Virus record (IMG/VR): IMGVR_UViG_3300016466_000859
Span: 1-64,000 of that record
DNA: 64,000 nt
Source: a virus
Reading direction: 5' to 3' (one strand)
Shown here piece after piece: positions 37,201-43,679 of this stretch. The position numbers and the translations under genes were made by a program. The notes below the pieces were generated by a model. That model searched no databases. It was not told where the DNA came from and saw only the letters and a program-made list of their open reading frames with translations. The number at the start of each line of letters is the position of its first letter. Position 1 is the stretch's first letter.

Positions 37201-38853
37201 TCTGCCAAAGGATATCTCAATGACCTAGAAAATATTGAGTACAGAGTCTATCTTGGAGACCAGCTCCAACCGATGTCTCGCTATGAATTTTCCGAAGACC
37301 TCAAAACTCTTGAATTTGTTGACTACCCCACCCCGGGTCTACAAATCAAAGTAAATGTTGAAAACGATGTAATATTTGCTGTTTCGCCCGAAGATGTACC
37401 TGGAGCGATCTACAACAGCGATAGCGACAGTTGGAGCACAATCATCGAAGGTAAATTGACACCCATTGGTGGTATTGATGACATCGCGATCGGACAGCGT
37501 GTGCGCGGTTCAGGAATCAATAATTTCAACAACACTGTTGTGGTGCAGGAAAAAGATACCGACAGTGGTACTGTAAGACTGCAAAGCGAAACAAAGACAA
37601 AAACCGTACGCGGACAATGGGAAGGCAAAGAGTGGATACCAGGCGAAGAAATAACCTATAGAGATCCGGCTGTCTTGGTGCAAGGAAAAAATACCATCGA
37701 ATTGTTATATTTCATTAGCCCAATTGTCACAGAAAGATTCTTTGACTATCGAATATTCACTCGAGTCAATGGTAACGAGGCAGGGCACGCCATTGACCGT
37801 GCTGTGGCCTACTATCAACCAGTTGAAGGCGGGGAAGGGCAAGATCCTTCCCAAGTAATCAAAGGTATCACATATCCTGGAGTCCGTGTACAAGGTCTTC
37901 CATTTGAACAAGATGAAGAATTGAGTTCGGTGTCGGCTCTCATTGATTCGCATATCTCTAGTCGGTATCGAGATATTGCGCTTGGAACCAGGCCCGAAGA
38001 TATCACGATCACAGGCGGTGCTTATGTAGATCTTTACAGCAGTCATGCTCCCGAAGAACTGGTTCCGGGCATTATCTTTGACAGTTTGAACATGCAAGTT
38101 TTCACCAAACCTATCACTCCTTGGAGTTCGGGTGATGATGAAAGATTCGTAGGTGATGGGTCTACCACGGATTTCGTCTATACAAATAACCTGCTTAGAA
38201 ATTCAAATGCTGTGATTTTAGTAGGAAATCGGCCAGCGACAAAAGGAATTGATTATGTATTTTCTGGAAATAAAATAGTATTTGAAGAAGCTCCGCAAGC
38301 CGGCAAAGAGATTCGTGTAGTGGGTTTTGAGGTCACCGGCAAGCCATTGGCCTATAGGGTCTTCCATGACATGGCCGAGGATCGCAATTATTATCGTATC
38401 GCAGAAGCATATTCAACTACGCTGACTCGACCACTGGCAATCACCGACACAGAGATACATGTGGCAAACGCATCAGTGTTATCTCCGCCAACAAGTCGAC
38501 AGCCCGGGAGGTTGTTTGTGGGCGGCGAAATGATCACGTTCCTAGAACTGGATACCGTTAACAATCTTGTAAAACGCATACGCCGCGGCGTCAACGGAAC
38601 CGGAGCACCTGCTCTGCATGCAACCGGGAGAAGAGTAGTTGACGCCGGAGAAATACAACGACTTCCTGGTCAGGCCGACACCACACGCTGGCTAAACTCC
38701 TCGACAGAGTTTGGGTTCCGCGAAATCGGAGATTTTGATTATACCGGATACGACGAAGAAGATTTCGACGTACTCATACAGATTTCTGATGCTGCGTTAG
38801 TTCCCACCGAACAAGCTCGATTCCTTGCAAAATCGCCAGGATTTAACCGTTGA
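25222..38853 (+). CDS. Giant (4543 aa) baseplate/virion structural protein, gp7-like position
   Basis: Follows gp6; contains aromatic CBM5/12-like repeats, FG-GAP-like repeats (GDRFGHAV, GDQFGHSV, GSQFGHTV, GNFGFSL, GDEFGFSV) and V.N.GSGYT..P.I.I.GGGG.GA repeats. Confidence 0.7.
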   Translation: MATTRTLNFLPEIFRTDANKKFLAATVDQLISEPNFKKINGYIGRRVTPTFKPSDNYISEPSASRQNYQLEPCVVVKDAYANSVDFFSSYPDLLQKIEYYGGIANNHDRLFRNEFYTFDGCFDFDKFINFNNYYWMPNGPQAVNVFAGSVDNEGEYQVTRNLSVGGFNFSGKGIESNPVMILSRGGTYRFQIDHPEHRFWIQSEPGISGKKKTQPNISTRDVLGVLNNGTDQGTVTFRVPQASAQDKFTSMTMAAVADLATDISYVDLQDHSLREFLKNNPDGIDGYRTPSDLEGKFIIFINEDIDDVFWTNDEIFDVYPYDVIVSETVPATARRNLWRIQLIPSGRDHVIKLTPSTTVEKNQKVFVRRGKENASREFYTDFDGIYRTVPNITANLDRLFYQDSRDPSFVGEIRIVDPDNFVIDVNNDILGEKNYTSPNGVEFTNGLKIRFDNKVIPSDYRLKEFYVEGVGKSIRLIETSKLINPEPYASDLESLDYLTINRGSQDLNAWSRSNRWFHIDVLKATAAYNKTIGLPDQQYRANRPIIEFDADLQLFNFGRQGLPPVDYLDFYVTDAFSQIEGNGKQYDALQHYVKDEVVVLENKVYRARIDLQQIPGNDSNWQNLYNLPIYSGTQAYRQDNVVRYLDRIYRALTVTSENLPTDTTYWEPIIWNRENIDEFDAEIEYQQFDAVYYNNEYYACISPNGALQISPDITTTWKKVDVFVDYSENIADTILENQYAAWQGRLYRAVMDIKQDPRNNDLYWQNIIDIVDGKSVIFAGDEDPTVRNTVYRLSMEDIGNDEDSDGNPIRVPHLTPSEFTVESNSTVIVLEGLNAGLNFWYDGNQWKQGPQKSSVNQAPLFDVVDENNISFGNLTRYPNSTFGGSRIFSYKTGTGKIDNVLGFPLSYRNFNSVGDIEFSNDFDNSSMSFLDGTREKTVKINSGYLLNYIDREEAQTRNIWVKAKEKSHQYQIFSHVFDGTTNYFEVDIAPNASQQTPFIKVFINNELIKEYQYVYEVVGARQAVRVLSSLLTNGAIVDIMIYSDSTSELGYYEVPINLDYNSQNSDFEYLTLGQLKNHITKLVENTRIANQTEAKFTGFRDVQFKNHGGTILQHASPSIYSNLFLIDNDVNFIDSIDLAAREYTKFKNKFLEAANKLTTVDLNRIPETVDEIIKTINAVKNSSFPWHYSDMVPYGDNRREYLDVVINPELRQFDLPMVFNDQELSNRAVLVYVNNKQLVKDRDYYFPQDRTAVIISEEYPLEADDQIKIVDYLDTNGCYVPETPSKLGLYPKFVPGKLYDSTYRDPIFVIQGHDGSLIPSFEDYRDDLLVELETRIYNNIKLDYYKGIANIHDFIPGKFRDTGYTLTEFDRVLSRSFLKWAGSNQVDYTTNKNFVANDPWTWNYSKYRDTIDGGRIPGAWRAIFKYFYDTDRPNTHPWEMLGFSSRPDWWNERYGAAPYTGGNLLLWQDLAQGYIHAGPRQGYDQRYARPSLLSIIPVDEYGALRSPSQFAVSNFNSSDAGRAFSVGNQGPAESAWRRSSDYPFALQRTMALTQPAFYFGSLFDVKTYNRNNKLDQLVISDTLRRVTPSSIKIHGEVVDGQTQLTAGYLNWIRDYVKNLGRDPATVLRHRFDNLDVSLGYRVAGYTDKNYVKVLAEQSSPSSTNDSIIVPDENYTVHLNKSSPLKKIIYSAVIVEKTNNGYTVSGYDVSNPYFTIIPSLANNNAYVVDVIKQRGVIYRDYQNKKVIVPYGFEFTSRQQVVDFLISYGRYLTGQGIKFTETDSVLSAKKDWVLSVKEFLHWSQQGWSNGNLIILSPIKDVLKVSTPLGVVDHVENTINGSKILDQQFSTIKNNQFTVVRSNNEFKISVIDDRSICFAELEVVQFEHVLIFDNSTVFNDIIYKPELGNRQFRLKLVGSKTNDWSGELNPPGFVYNASDVDPWLPGKDYKKGSIVNFKEQYYTALENIIAATEFNQAQWRLIERSAIKTGLLPNFAYNAQKFEDIYDIDNAPDDSDLLEYSAGLIGFRERTYLSDFSLDNVSQVKFYQGFIKDKGTRSSVDALTTAKFNNVTSGLDLYEEWALRVGEYGAVESDAQIEIVLNDNEFTNDPSTITLIDNAELAEAGTVAIKEKDLYRRTSQYKKDIFFNRSERTDTSGDISTAGFVNLEDISGTVFDIRNFSELDSLLPQIGKGFKLWVARDFDNNWNVYRISETDNNVSSAIYDLDDQISVTFDKPHELKVGDVFVIKNLDPLVDGFYQVAYVTDLSRVSARLYKNQSEIKKTRSFSGNGVYLVAKSMRTESSAKINQMSPLNGWLVGDCVWADNINHDGHWGVYEKTDSWKYQIELPVEASDLVGGDRFGHAVKINSQRDLIVVSSPESGEGNIKTFVKLTSGEFKQSSTFRPTLSLDTAGFGKSVDLVDYRVAVGAPASDSDRGRVFVYNFRAEKQKFDLQVLFAPDANPGDQFGHSVSLSQDSQWLYIGAPGKDTVYVYHYDTSLTELGTHVLTTEPGQTDYVLDFSVATAESIKVISEFGLPDLFIGDGATDTFTLSAGLVGRRLQVIVNNQLMLASDYVVDGDTLTLNSVPNNGNVIVVRINQPVLLQPGVDYTVTETGELSLSKDPGTLSIEVQQAYHYKLVDELTGTAGSQFGHTVKTNRDGSVIAIGAPNKTIINGETTYNNTGAGYIYTRRVEEQSLKANRSTYIPSSVSMPFVDLFVNGVLLHSGTDYTLNNNEILLLSPYEAGQALTISTAQFDLLQEILSPDLVDQGNFGFSLDMDHNAKSIYIGAPNYYDSVYSQGKVYRFTMKSKYFGSSVSQLENPVITAGSTIYVNRIPVTFTAATDSGDTTAGSMAIDINRLPGITAAVDQDGRLAISTISKVSKDLQLTPAGDDTLDQIGFDAYVLDQEILEPDFNEGAFGSNIVVDSQGETVSITGKNSSLTQSITFDSGLGVAGTTFDIGTTLFNKIVNGSGAVYLYELIDNGLSGIDNTGSLIFANKLSLREVYPGDEFGFSVGLQKDSMVVSSPGFDPLPLPDQFDLKVENLDELSWIGVNALTIGTRVLVVSDISNRGSWSIWTYNGAQSTDFRTNFVRDAAGVIKNTGSVHLYTNPLSKKIWNLKRKQDPVVDLDSVNRLVIYNRDSNTIIANLDYIDPAKGKILGIAEQDIDFKTELDPAIYTNGTSEVVVDQGMRWGEQQVGMIWWNLSKVRYLDYEQDDLVYRTKNWGATFPGSEIEICEWVSSSVPPDQYTSRGGSGTPKYNNQAYVVDTVIDSQSGILNPRYYFWVTGKQDVSVSRKRNSCAAIADIIENPNLQGVPYAGMLKSNALALYGINDYLSGTSVVLQIDYANVPNSNVMHTEFELVQENRRESEIPNKIVNKMVDSLAGIDRIGNVVPDPTLKDNERVGISYRPRQNMFRDRARALRSVIDFVNRIFLAYPVVRQFNTNGFFGQDPVPTSSGYDRKVSTVDELGYINTDEIDVGYRVLIENDSTNDGLWTVWRFNGARFVLSRIQSYKTDLYWEYRNWYADGFDPSTKITYTVDYEKDIGAINLRPGDIIDVRYDQQGQGVTYRVQDDFSLLMVALENGTIQFLPNLYNINNDGMGFDSSNFDNVRYDKTPGVEIRQILESIRKDIFVGEFKQEFNRMFFVMVNYLLTEQKHVDWIFKTSFVNIVHKLRKLDQYPSFVRDNQDYYIDYINEVKPYRTQIREYLLNYDGIDIVDGNVSDFDLPAYYDKILDQYRTPIGERAGDEDLLSGVEYRAWNQSHQLVVDRIIVENRGSGYTVIPEITIEGGGGRGAKAIATIDFDGLTSIVVTDPGRGYTSTPRVVINGNGSGAVAYPLMKNVHIGNDQPGYNLVRSLNSVVKLDRIAYDTQIPAWTANSEIFSDRVSYLNDIYKINESNIYVVPVQLSGIETFDVELISTFQVENTDLTPSTVININNVEAMFGIDYSINMDDNTITLLDPQLEDEVSIRYVGDEGEDLYELFLVETPRVYQLNKSAKGYLNDLENIEYRVYLGDQLQPMSRYEFSEDLKTLEFVDYPTPGLQIKVNVENDVIFAVSPEDVPGAIYNSDSDSWSTIIEGKLTPIGGIDDIAIGQRVRGSGINNFNNTVVVQEKDTDSGTVRLQSETKTKTVRGQWEGKEWIPGEEITYRDPAVLVQGKNTIELLYFISPIVTERFFDYRIFTRVNGNEAGHAIDRAVAYYQPVEGGEGQDPSQVIKGITYPGVRVQGLPFEQDEELSSVSALIDSHISSRYRDIALGTRPEDITITGGAYVDLYSSHAPEELVPGIIFDSLNMQVFTKPITPWSSGDDERFVGDGSTTDFVYTNNLLRNSNAVILVGNRPATKGIDYVFSGNKIVFEEAPQAGKEIRVVGFEVTGKPLAYRVFHDMAEDRNYYRIAEAYSTTLTRPLAITDTEIHVANASVLSPPTSRQPGRLFVGGEMITFLELDTVNNLVKRIRRGVNGTGAPALHATGRRVVDAGEIQRLPGQADTTRWLNSSTEFGFREIGDFDYTGYDEEDFDVLIQISDAALVPTEQARFLAKSPGFNR

Positions 38854-38864
38854 TAAATAATATT

Positions 38865-39554
38865 ATGGAAAATAATCGCTCTCAGGACGAGATCAATATG
38901 GAAGATAAACACGCACAAACTCAGCCCCAACCCAATGATGTTGGTGGGGTGCATCTACAAGGACACATCAAAATTCATGATCCTGAATCGGGGGAAGTTT
39001 TTGTAGACAAACGCAACGCCATACATTACGAAAATATTTCTGAAGCCATAGCCTATAACTTGGCAAATAAAAATCAAGGATTCATATATGAAATGCATCT
39101 GGGCAACGGTGGCACTACTGTCAACGAAACCGGGGTAATAACCTATAACCCAGCTAATACCAATGCCCAAAACAGTTCCTTGTACAATGCCACCTACAGC
39201 AAGATCATTGATGATCTATCGGCGTCTAATAGAGATCCCTTGCGTAACAAAATGGAGATACGACACACTCCGGGAACGCCCTACACTGATATCTTGGTCA
39301 CCTGCTTGTTAGACTACGGCGAACCCGCTGATCAGGCGGCATTTGATACCACACAAGATCTCAGTGGATCGTATGTGTTTGACGAATTGGGTCTACGAGC
39401 CCGCAGTACCGACGGTACTGAAGGATTGACAACCACCGGTAAATTGTTAACGCATGTAGTTTTTCACCCAGTTCAAAAATCATTGAATCGACTGATACAG
39501 ATTGACTATACCGTGCGCATTCAGACCTTGACAAATCTCAGTGCGATTGGATAA
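38865..39554 (+). CDS. Putative baseplate/fibre attachment structural protein
   Basis: NAIHYEN, YVFDELGL, VVFHPVQKSLNRLIQIDYTVRI; TAAATA at 38854-38859. Start at 38865 or 38898. Confidence 0.55.
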   Translation: MENNRSQDEINMEDKHAQTQPQPNDVGGVHLQGHIKIHDPESGEVFVDKRNAIHYENISEAIAYNLANKNQGFIYEMHLGNGGTTVNETGVITYNPANTNAQNSSLYNATYSKIIDDLSASNRDPLRNKMEIRHTPGTPYTDILVTCLLDYGEPADQAAFDTTQDLSGSYVFDELGLRARSTDGTEGLTTTGKLLTHVVFHPVQKSLNRLIQIDYTVRIQTLTNLSAIG

Positions 39555-39560
39555 TGTGAC

Positions 39561-40751
39561 ATGGCCTATACCATAAACAAAAGCAACGGAGAAGTATTGA
39601 TAAGTTTGCCTGATGGCACACTTGATACTACTTTGGGTATTAACCTTGTGGGCAGAAATTATGTTGGGTATGGCGAACTCCACCAAGAAAATTTTGTAAG
39701 GCTGTTAGAAAATTTCGCCGATGATACTAGACCGTCTAGACCATTGGTTGGGCAACTGTGGTATGATACATCAATACAAGCTCTAAAATACTATAATGGT
39801 TCTACTTTTAAACCAATTTCAAACACCAGCGTATCGTCACAATCTCCTACCAACACGCAAGTTGGAGATGCTTGGTGGGATACTGCAAATCAAAAACTAC
39901 GAGTATGGAATGGTACCAGCTGGAGCGAGATAGGTCCTTTCGTCAACACATCTGGCTACACTACAGTCGATGATGCGAGGTCGTCGTTGAGTTTTGTAGC
40001 CGGGCGCGGAAACTATAACAGCTCAACAGGAACTTTTACGATACCCACCGACACCAGTCAGCTGATCAACGGCGCGGGTTACATCACTGTTGAACAGGCC
40101 AGAGACTCGTTAACATCGGGTACCGGTATTTCCTACAACAGAACCAATGGCAGTATATCAGTGAATCTGTCTGCTGGTACCGGAGTCACTGTTGTAGGAG
40201 AAAATATCTCCATTGGTCAAGACGTCAGCACCGACGCTACTCCGGCATTTGCTGGTATTGCCAAGTCCGGAAGTCCTGGAGTTGGTAACATTGGAACACC
40301 AGGAAATAGATTTGAAACAGTTTATGCAGAAGTTTTTTCGGGCACATCTACCACAGCACAGTATGCCGACGTGGCAGAAAGATTCCATTCTGACAAGAAA
40401 TATCATCCCGGCACCGTAGTGAGGTTAGGGGGGACTGCCGAAATTACCGCCGAGGATGAAGAAGCCAGTGATGAGGTTTTTGGAGTAATTTCAACAAGGC
40501 CAGCACACCTTATGAATGCCTCTGCCGGAACCAATGACACTCACCCCGCTGTGGCCATCAGTGGACGAGTACCGGTGCGTGTGGTTGGTACAGTACGTAA
40601 AGGACAACGTTTGATCAGTGCCGGCAACGGTGTTGCTCGAGGAGCGATGCCCAACGAAGTCACAGCACTCAACATCATCGGTCGTAGCCTAGAAGATAAA
40701 ACCTCCGACAGCGAAGGAGTTGTTGAAGCCATAGTACGACTCAATTCTTAA
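39561..40751 (+). CDS. Tail fibre-like protein (paralog 1) with C-terminal intramolecular-chaperone-like domain
   Basis: N-terminal GRNYVGYGE...ENFVRLLENFA...GQLWYD; C-terminal YADVAERF...GTVV.LGG...ISGRVPVRV.G. Confidence 0.7.
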   Translation: MAYTINKSNGEVLISLPDGTLDTTLGINLVGRNYVGYGELHQENFVRLLENFADDTRPSRPLVGQLWYDTSIQALKYYNGSTFKPISNTSVSSQSPTNTQVGDAWWDTANQKLRVWNGTSWSEIGPFVNTSGYTTVDDARSSLSFVAGRGNYNSSTGTFTIPTDTSQLINGAGYITVEQARDSLTSGTGISYNRTNGSISVNLSAGTGVTVVGENISIGQDVSTDATPAFAGIAKSGSPGVGNIGTPGNRFETVYAEVFSGTSTTAQYADVAERFHSDKKYHPGTVVRLGGTAEITAEDEEASDEVFGVISTRPAHLMNASAGTNDTHPAVAISGRVPVRVVGTVRKGQRLISAGNGVARGAMPNEVTALNIIGRSLEDKTSDSEGVVEAIVRLNS

Positions 40752-40766
40752 AGGGTCATTTGGCTC

Positions 40767-42110
40767 ATGTCGCAAGCAATAGTCAAATCAATATCGTCAG
40801 CAGGAGTCTTTGATATCACTGTGCCCGTGGGCTTCAAACCACGTGTCACATATCATCTATGGGGCGGCGGCGGCGGCGCCGGGGGACTTGATGGTAACGG
40901 ACCCGGTGGCAACGGAGCCGCCGGAGCTTACAGTACCGGAACTTTTACTATATCTACCGGAGACACGATACGAATTGCTGTCGGTGAAGGCGGAAGTGGC
41001 GGCGGGTCCAGTACCGGCGGCGGTTCAGGTCGGGGTGGCCGCAGCTTACAAGGCCATGGCGGCGGTCGTGGGGGCAATGCAGGAGGTTGGGGATGGAGTG
41101 GTGGTGGCGGTGGTGGCGGTGGCGCTTCCACCATCGCCCGTAACAGTTCTTTTATTGCTGTTTCAGGAGGTGGTGGCGGCGGCGGTGGCGGAAGTCATAA
41201 TAGATCTGCAGCTCCAGGAGAAAACTCACAGGTAACAGCTTCTGGTACTGCCGGACGCTCGGGCCAAGACATGCCCGGCGATGGTGGAGGCGGTGGCGGC
41301 GGCGGTGGCGGCCGCAACGGATACGGGCCAGTGTCAATAGTACCGATCTCTGTATATCCAGCACCATATCCTGTGTACCCTAGTTTTTTAAATGAACATG
41401 GGATATGGGACTCATCGCGTTCTTCGGGCTCATTTGATCAGACGTTCACTGTCAACTTTCCGGTGTCTGGAACTTACGTGTTCAGCGGCACTGCCGACAA
41501 TGCCTGTTATTTTTACATCGATGGATCATTGGTATTAAGCGGCAGCAACTGGGGACAGATCTATCGAGCATCAGTATCAGTTACGGCTGGATTTCACTCA
41601 GTGAGAGTGCTTGGTGTTAACTGGGGCGGCCCAGCCAGCATTGGGTTGCAAATAACGCAAGGCTCCACAGAAATATTCAGCACACGTCGCCCAGTGTCTT
41701 ACGGATCAGCAGTTGATGATGGCAACGGAGGTGGCCAAGGCGGAGCCTACGGCCCAGACAACAGCTACGGTGGTCGTGGTGGTTATACTGGTGCTGGTGG
41801 ACAGGCTGGCTCGGGCATATATCCATTGGGAACATCAAGTCAATATTGGGCATCTCCAGCCGGTATCGGTGGCAATGGCACCGGAGCGCCAGGCAAGCCC
41901 GGCCAAGCAGTGCTGATATTTGAATCGATTGGATTGGGTAAAACCAAAGTCGACGGTGAATGGCGCAACATAGAATCAGCTCTGATCAAGGTCAATGGAA
42001 CCTGGAGAAATATAACTGGTACTTGGGTAAAAGTCAACAATCAATGGCGAGAAATAGGTGGTTCTCCCAACAGTATAACAGTGATACAAAACAATCAACT
42101 TTACGGCTAA
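40767..42110 (+). CDS. Glycine-rich tail protein with PA14-like insert
   Basis: Poly-Gly tracts flank TADNACYFYIDG...GFHSVRV; C-terminal KV.G.WR repeats. Confidence 0.6.
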   Translation: MSQAIVKSISSAGVFDITVPVGFKPRVTYHLWGGGGGAGGLDGNGPGGNGAAGAYSTGTFTISTGDTIRIAVGEGGSGGGSSTGGGSGRGGRSLQGHGGGRGGNAGGWGWSGGGGGGGGASTIARNSSFIAVSGGGGGGGGGSHNRSAAPGENSQVTASGTAGRSGQDMPGDGGGGGGGGGGRNGYGPVSIVPISVYPAPYPVYPSFLNEHGIWDSSRSSGSFDQTFTVNFPVSGTYVFSGTADNACYFYIDGSLVLSGSNWGQIYRASVSVTAGFHSVRVLGVNWGGPASIGLQITQGSTEIFSTRRPVSYGSAVDDGNGGGQGGAYGPDNSYGGRGGYTGAGGQAGSGIYPLGTSSQYWASPAGIGGNGTGAPGKPGQAVLIFESIGLGKTKVDGEWRNIESALIKVNGTWRNITGTWVKVNNQWREIGGSPNSITVIQNNQLYG

Positions 42111-42132
42111 ATAGAGCATAGGTGACATTGAG

Positions 42133-43638
42133 ATGGATATTTTTAAAACAAACGGTAATTTATTAGTCAGCATCGTAGACGGAACTATAAATTCCCAGGT
42201 TACTCCTTTGCAGTTGCCGGGAAGAAACGTGGCCGGATACGGGCAAATACTCAATGAGAACCTGGTACATCTACTGGAAAATTTTGCGGATTCCGCAGAA
42301 CCCACAAATGGAATCGTGGGCCAACTTTGGTTTAACACAAGCACCAATCAAATCAACATAAAAACCCAGCAGGGATTTAGGCCTCTCAACGTTGCTTTTA
42401 AAAGTGGTGTCACTCCTCTCAATCCAAACGTTGGCGAATTTTGGTGGAATACCTCCACGGATCAACTTAAAATCTACAATGGATCGACCTGGCGATTGGT
42501 TGGTCCTGACTACGAAAGCAGCTGGCAAGAGACCGGGTTTTCATCGGTTCGTATCGCAGACACCAGCGGTATCGATCACTTAATAGTTAAATTGATGATT
42601 GGCGGAGTAGAACGCATGATCATCAGCAAAGATGCCGATTTTGTACCATCAACTCCCATTGTGGGGTTTTCGACTATACGCACTGGAATCAATGTTTCTT
42701 CTCAATTAACCTCTTTTCGATTCCGAGCCGCAGCCGACGACAGCGCCTCACTGGGCGGAGTTGACGCCAGTAACTATCTGCGCAAAGATCAAGATTCTTC
42801 AGTATCGGCAGTTTATAATCTAGAAAACGGCTTCACTGTGGGCCCATCGTCGGGCTCTGAAATAACAGTTAGCGAAGTCAATCTAGAGCAACATCTAGTC
42901 ATATCCAATAGCGTACCATCATCGCGTATCGACTTCAGAGTCAATGTCAATGGATCTCAATCCACTTCGTTGACCCTGTTGCCCAATGGTGAAGTGCGTC
43001 TACTCAATGATCCCATTGAGCCCTCTGGAGCGGCCACTAAAAATTACGTCGATCAATTGCACGATGAACTGACCGCAGCGATTTACGATGCAAATACCGG
43101 GCTGTTAAGCTATCTGATATCTAACGTCGACGCTCTGTCGGAACGCATCGGTAACAATTTAGATAGCATAGAATCCATACAGGACGATATAGTAAACCTT
43201 GATGCAAAAGTTGACACCAAAGCCAACATAGCCTCTCCGGCGTTGACAGGAAATCCTACGGCACCTACCCCGGCGGTTTCCAGTAACGATTCCAGCATCG
43301 CCACCACAGAATTTGTGACCACTGCCGATGACAATGTCAAAATATATGTAGATGCAGAAATAGAGGCCCTGCAAAGCACTGTCACTGGTTTTATCAATAC
43401 TGGGTTGGCACTGAAGTCTCCGATAGCTTCGCCAATTTTCACCGGAAATCCATCTGCACCTACTCCATCGGTGTCAACCAATAATACGCAACTGGCCAAT
43501 ACCGCCTGGGTGCGCAGCGTGATACAAGATCGAAGCGAGCAGGCGGCGTATTGGCAAGGCAGTCGTAAATTTGTGAGCACATCTGATCCAACAAATGCCA
43601 CCGGGGATAATGGAGATTTTTGGTTTAAGTACCAATAG
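42133..43638 (+). CDS. Tail fibre-like protein (paralog 2)
   Basis: Same N-terminal module (GRNVAGYGQ..NENLVHLLENFA); AATKNYVD; two ASP..TGNP.APTP...N...A.T..V fibre repeats; TAAATA at 42108-42113. Confidence 0.7.
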   Translation: MDIFKTNGNLLVSIVDGTINSQVTPLQLPGRNVAGYGQILNENLVHLLENFADSAEPTNGIVGQLWFNTSTNQINIKTQQGFRPLNVAFKSGVTPLNPNVGEFWWNTSTDQLKIYNGSTWRLVGPDYESSWQETGFSSVRIADTSGIDHLIVKLMIGGVERMIISKDADFVPSTPIVGFSTIRTGINVSSQLTSFRFRAAADDSASLGGVDASNYLRKDQDSSVSAVYNLENGFTVGPSSGSEITVSEVNLEQHLVISNSVPSSRIDFRVNVNGSQSTSLTLLPNGEVRLLNDPIEPSGAATKNYVDQLHDELTAAIYDANTGLLSYLISNVDALSERIGNNLDSIESIQDDIVNLDAKVDTKANIASPALTGNPTAPTPAVSSNDSSIATTEFVTTADDNVKIYVDAEIEALQSTVTGFINTGLALKSPIASPIFTGNPSAPTPSVSTNNTQLANTAWVRSVIQDRSEQAAYWQGSRKFVSTSDPTNATGDNGDFWFKYQ

Positions 43639-43679
43639 AATATGAGATAAATAAACACAATATCGGAGATTTTTAGAAG

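Noticed and set aside
40860-41320. GGC/GGT microsatellite tracts as phase-variation sites
   Set aside because: They are in-frame triplet runs with mixed codons encoding poly-Gly, so slippage would not switch the frame.
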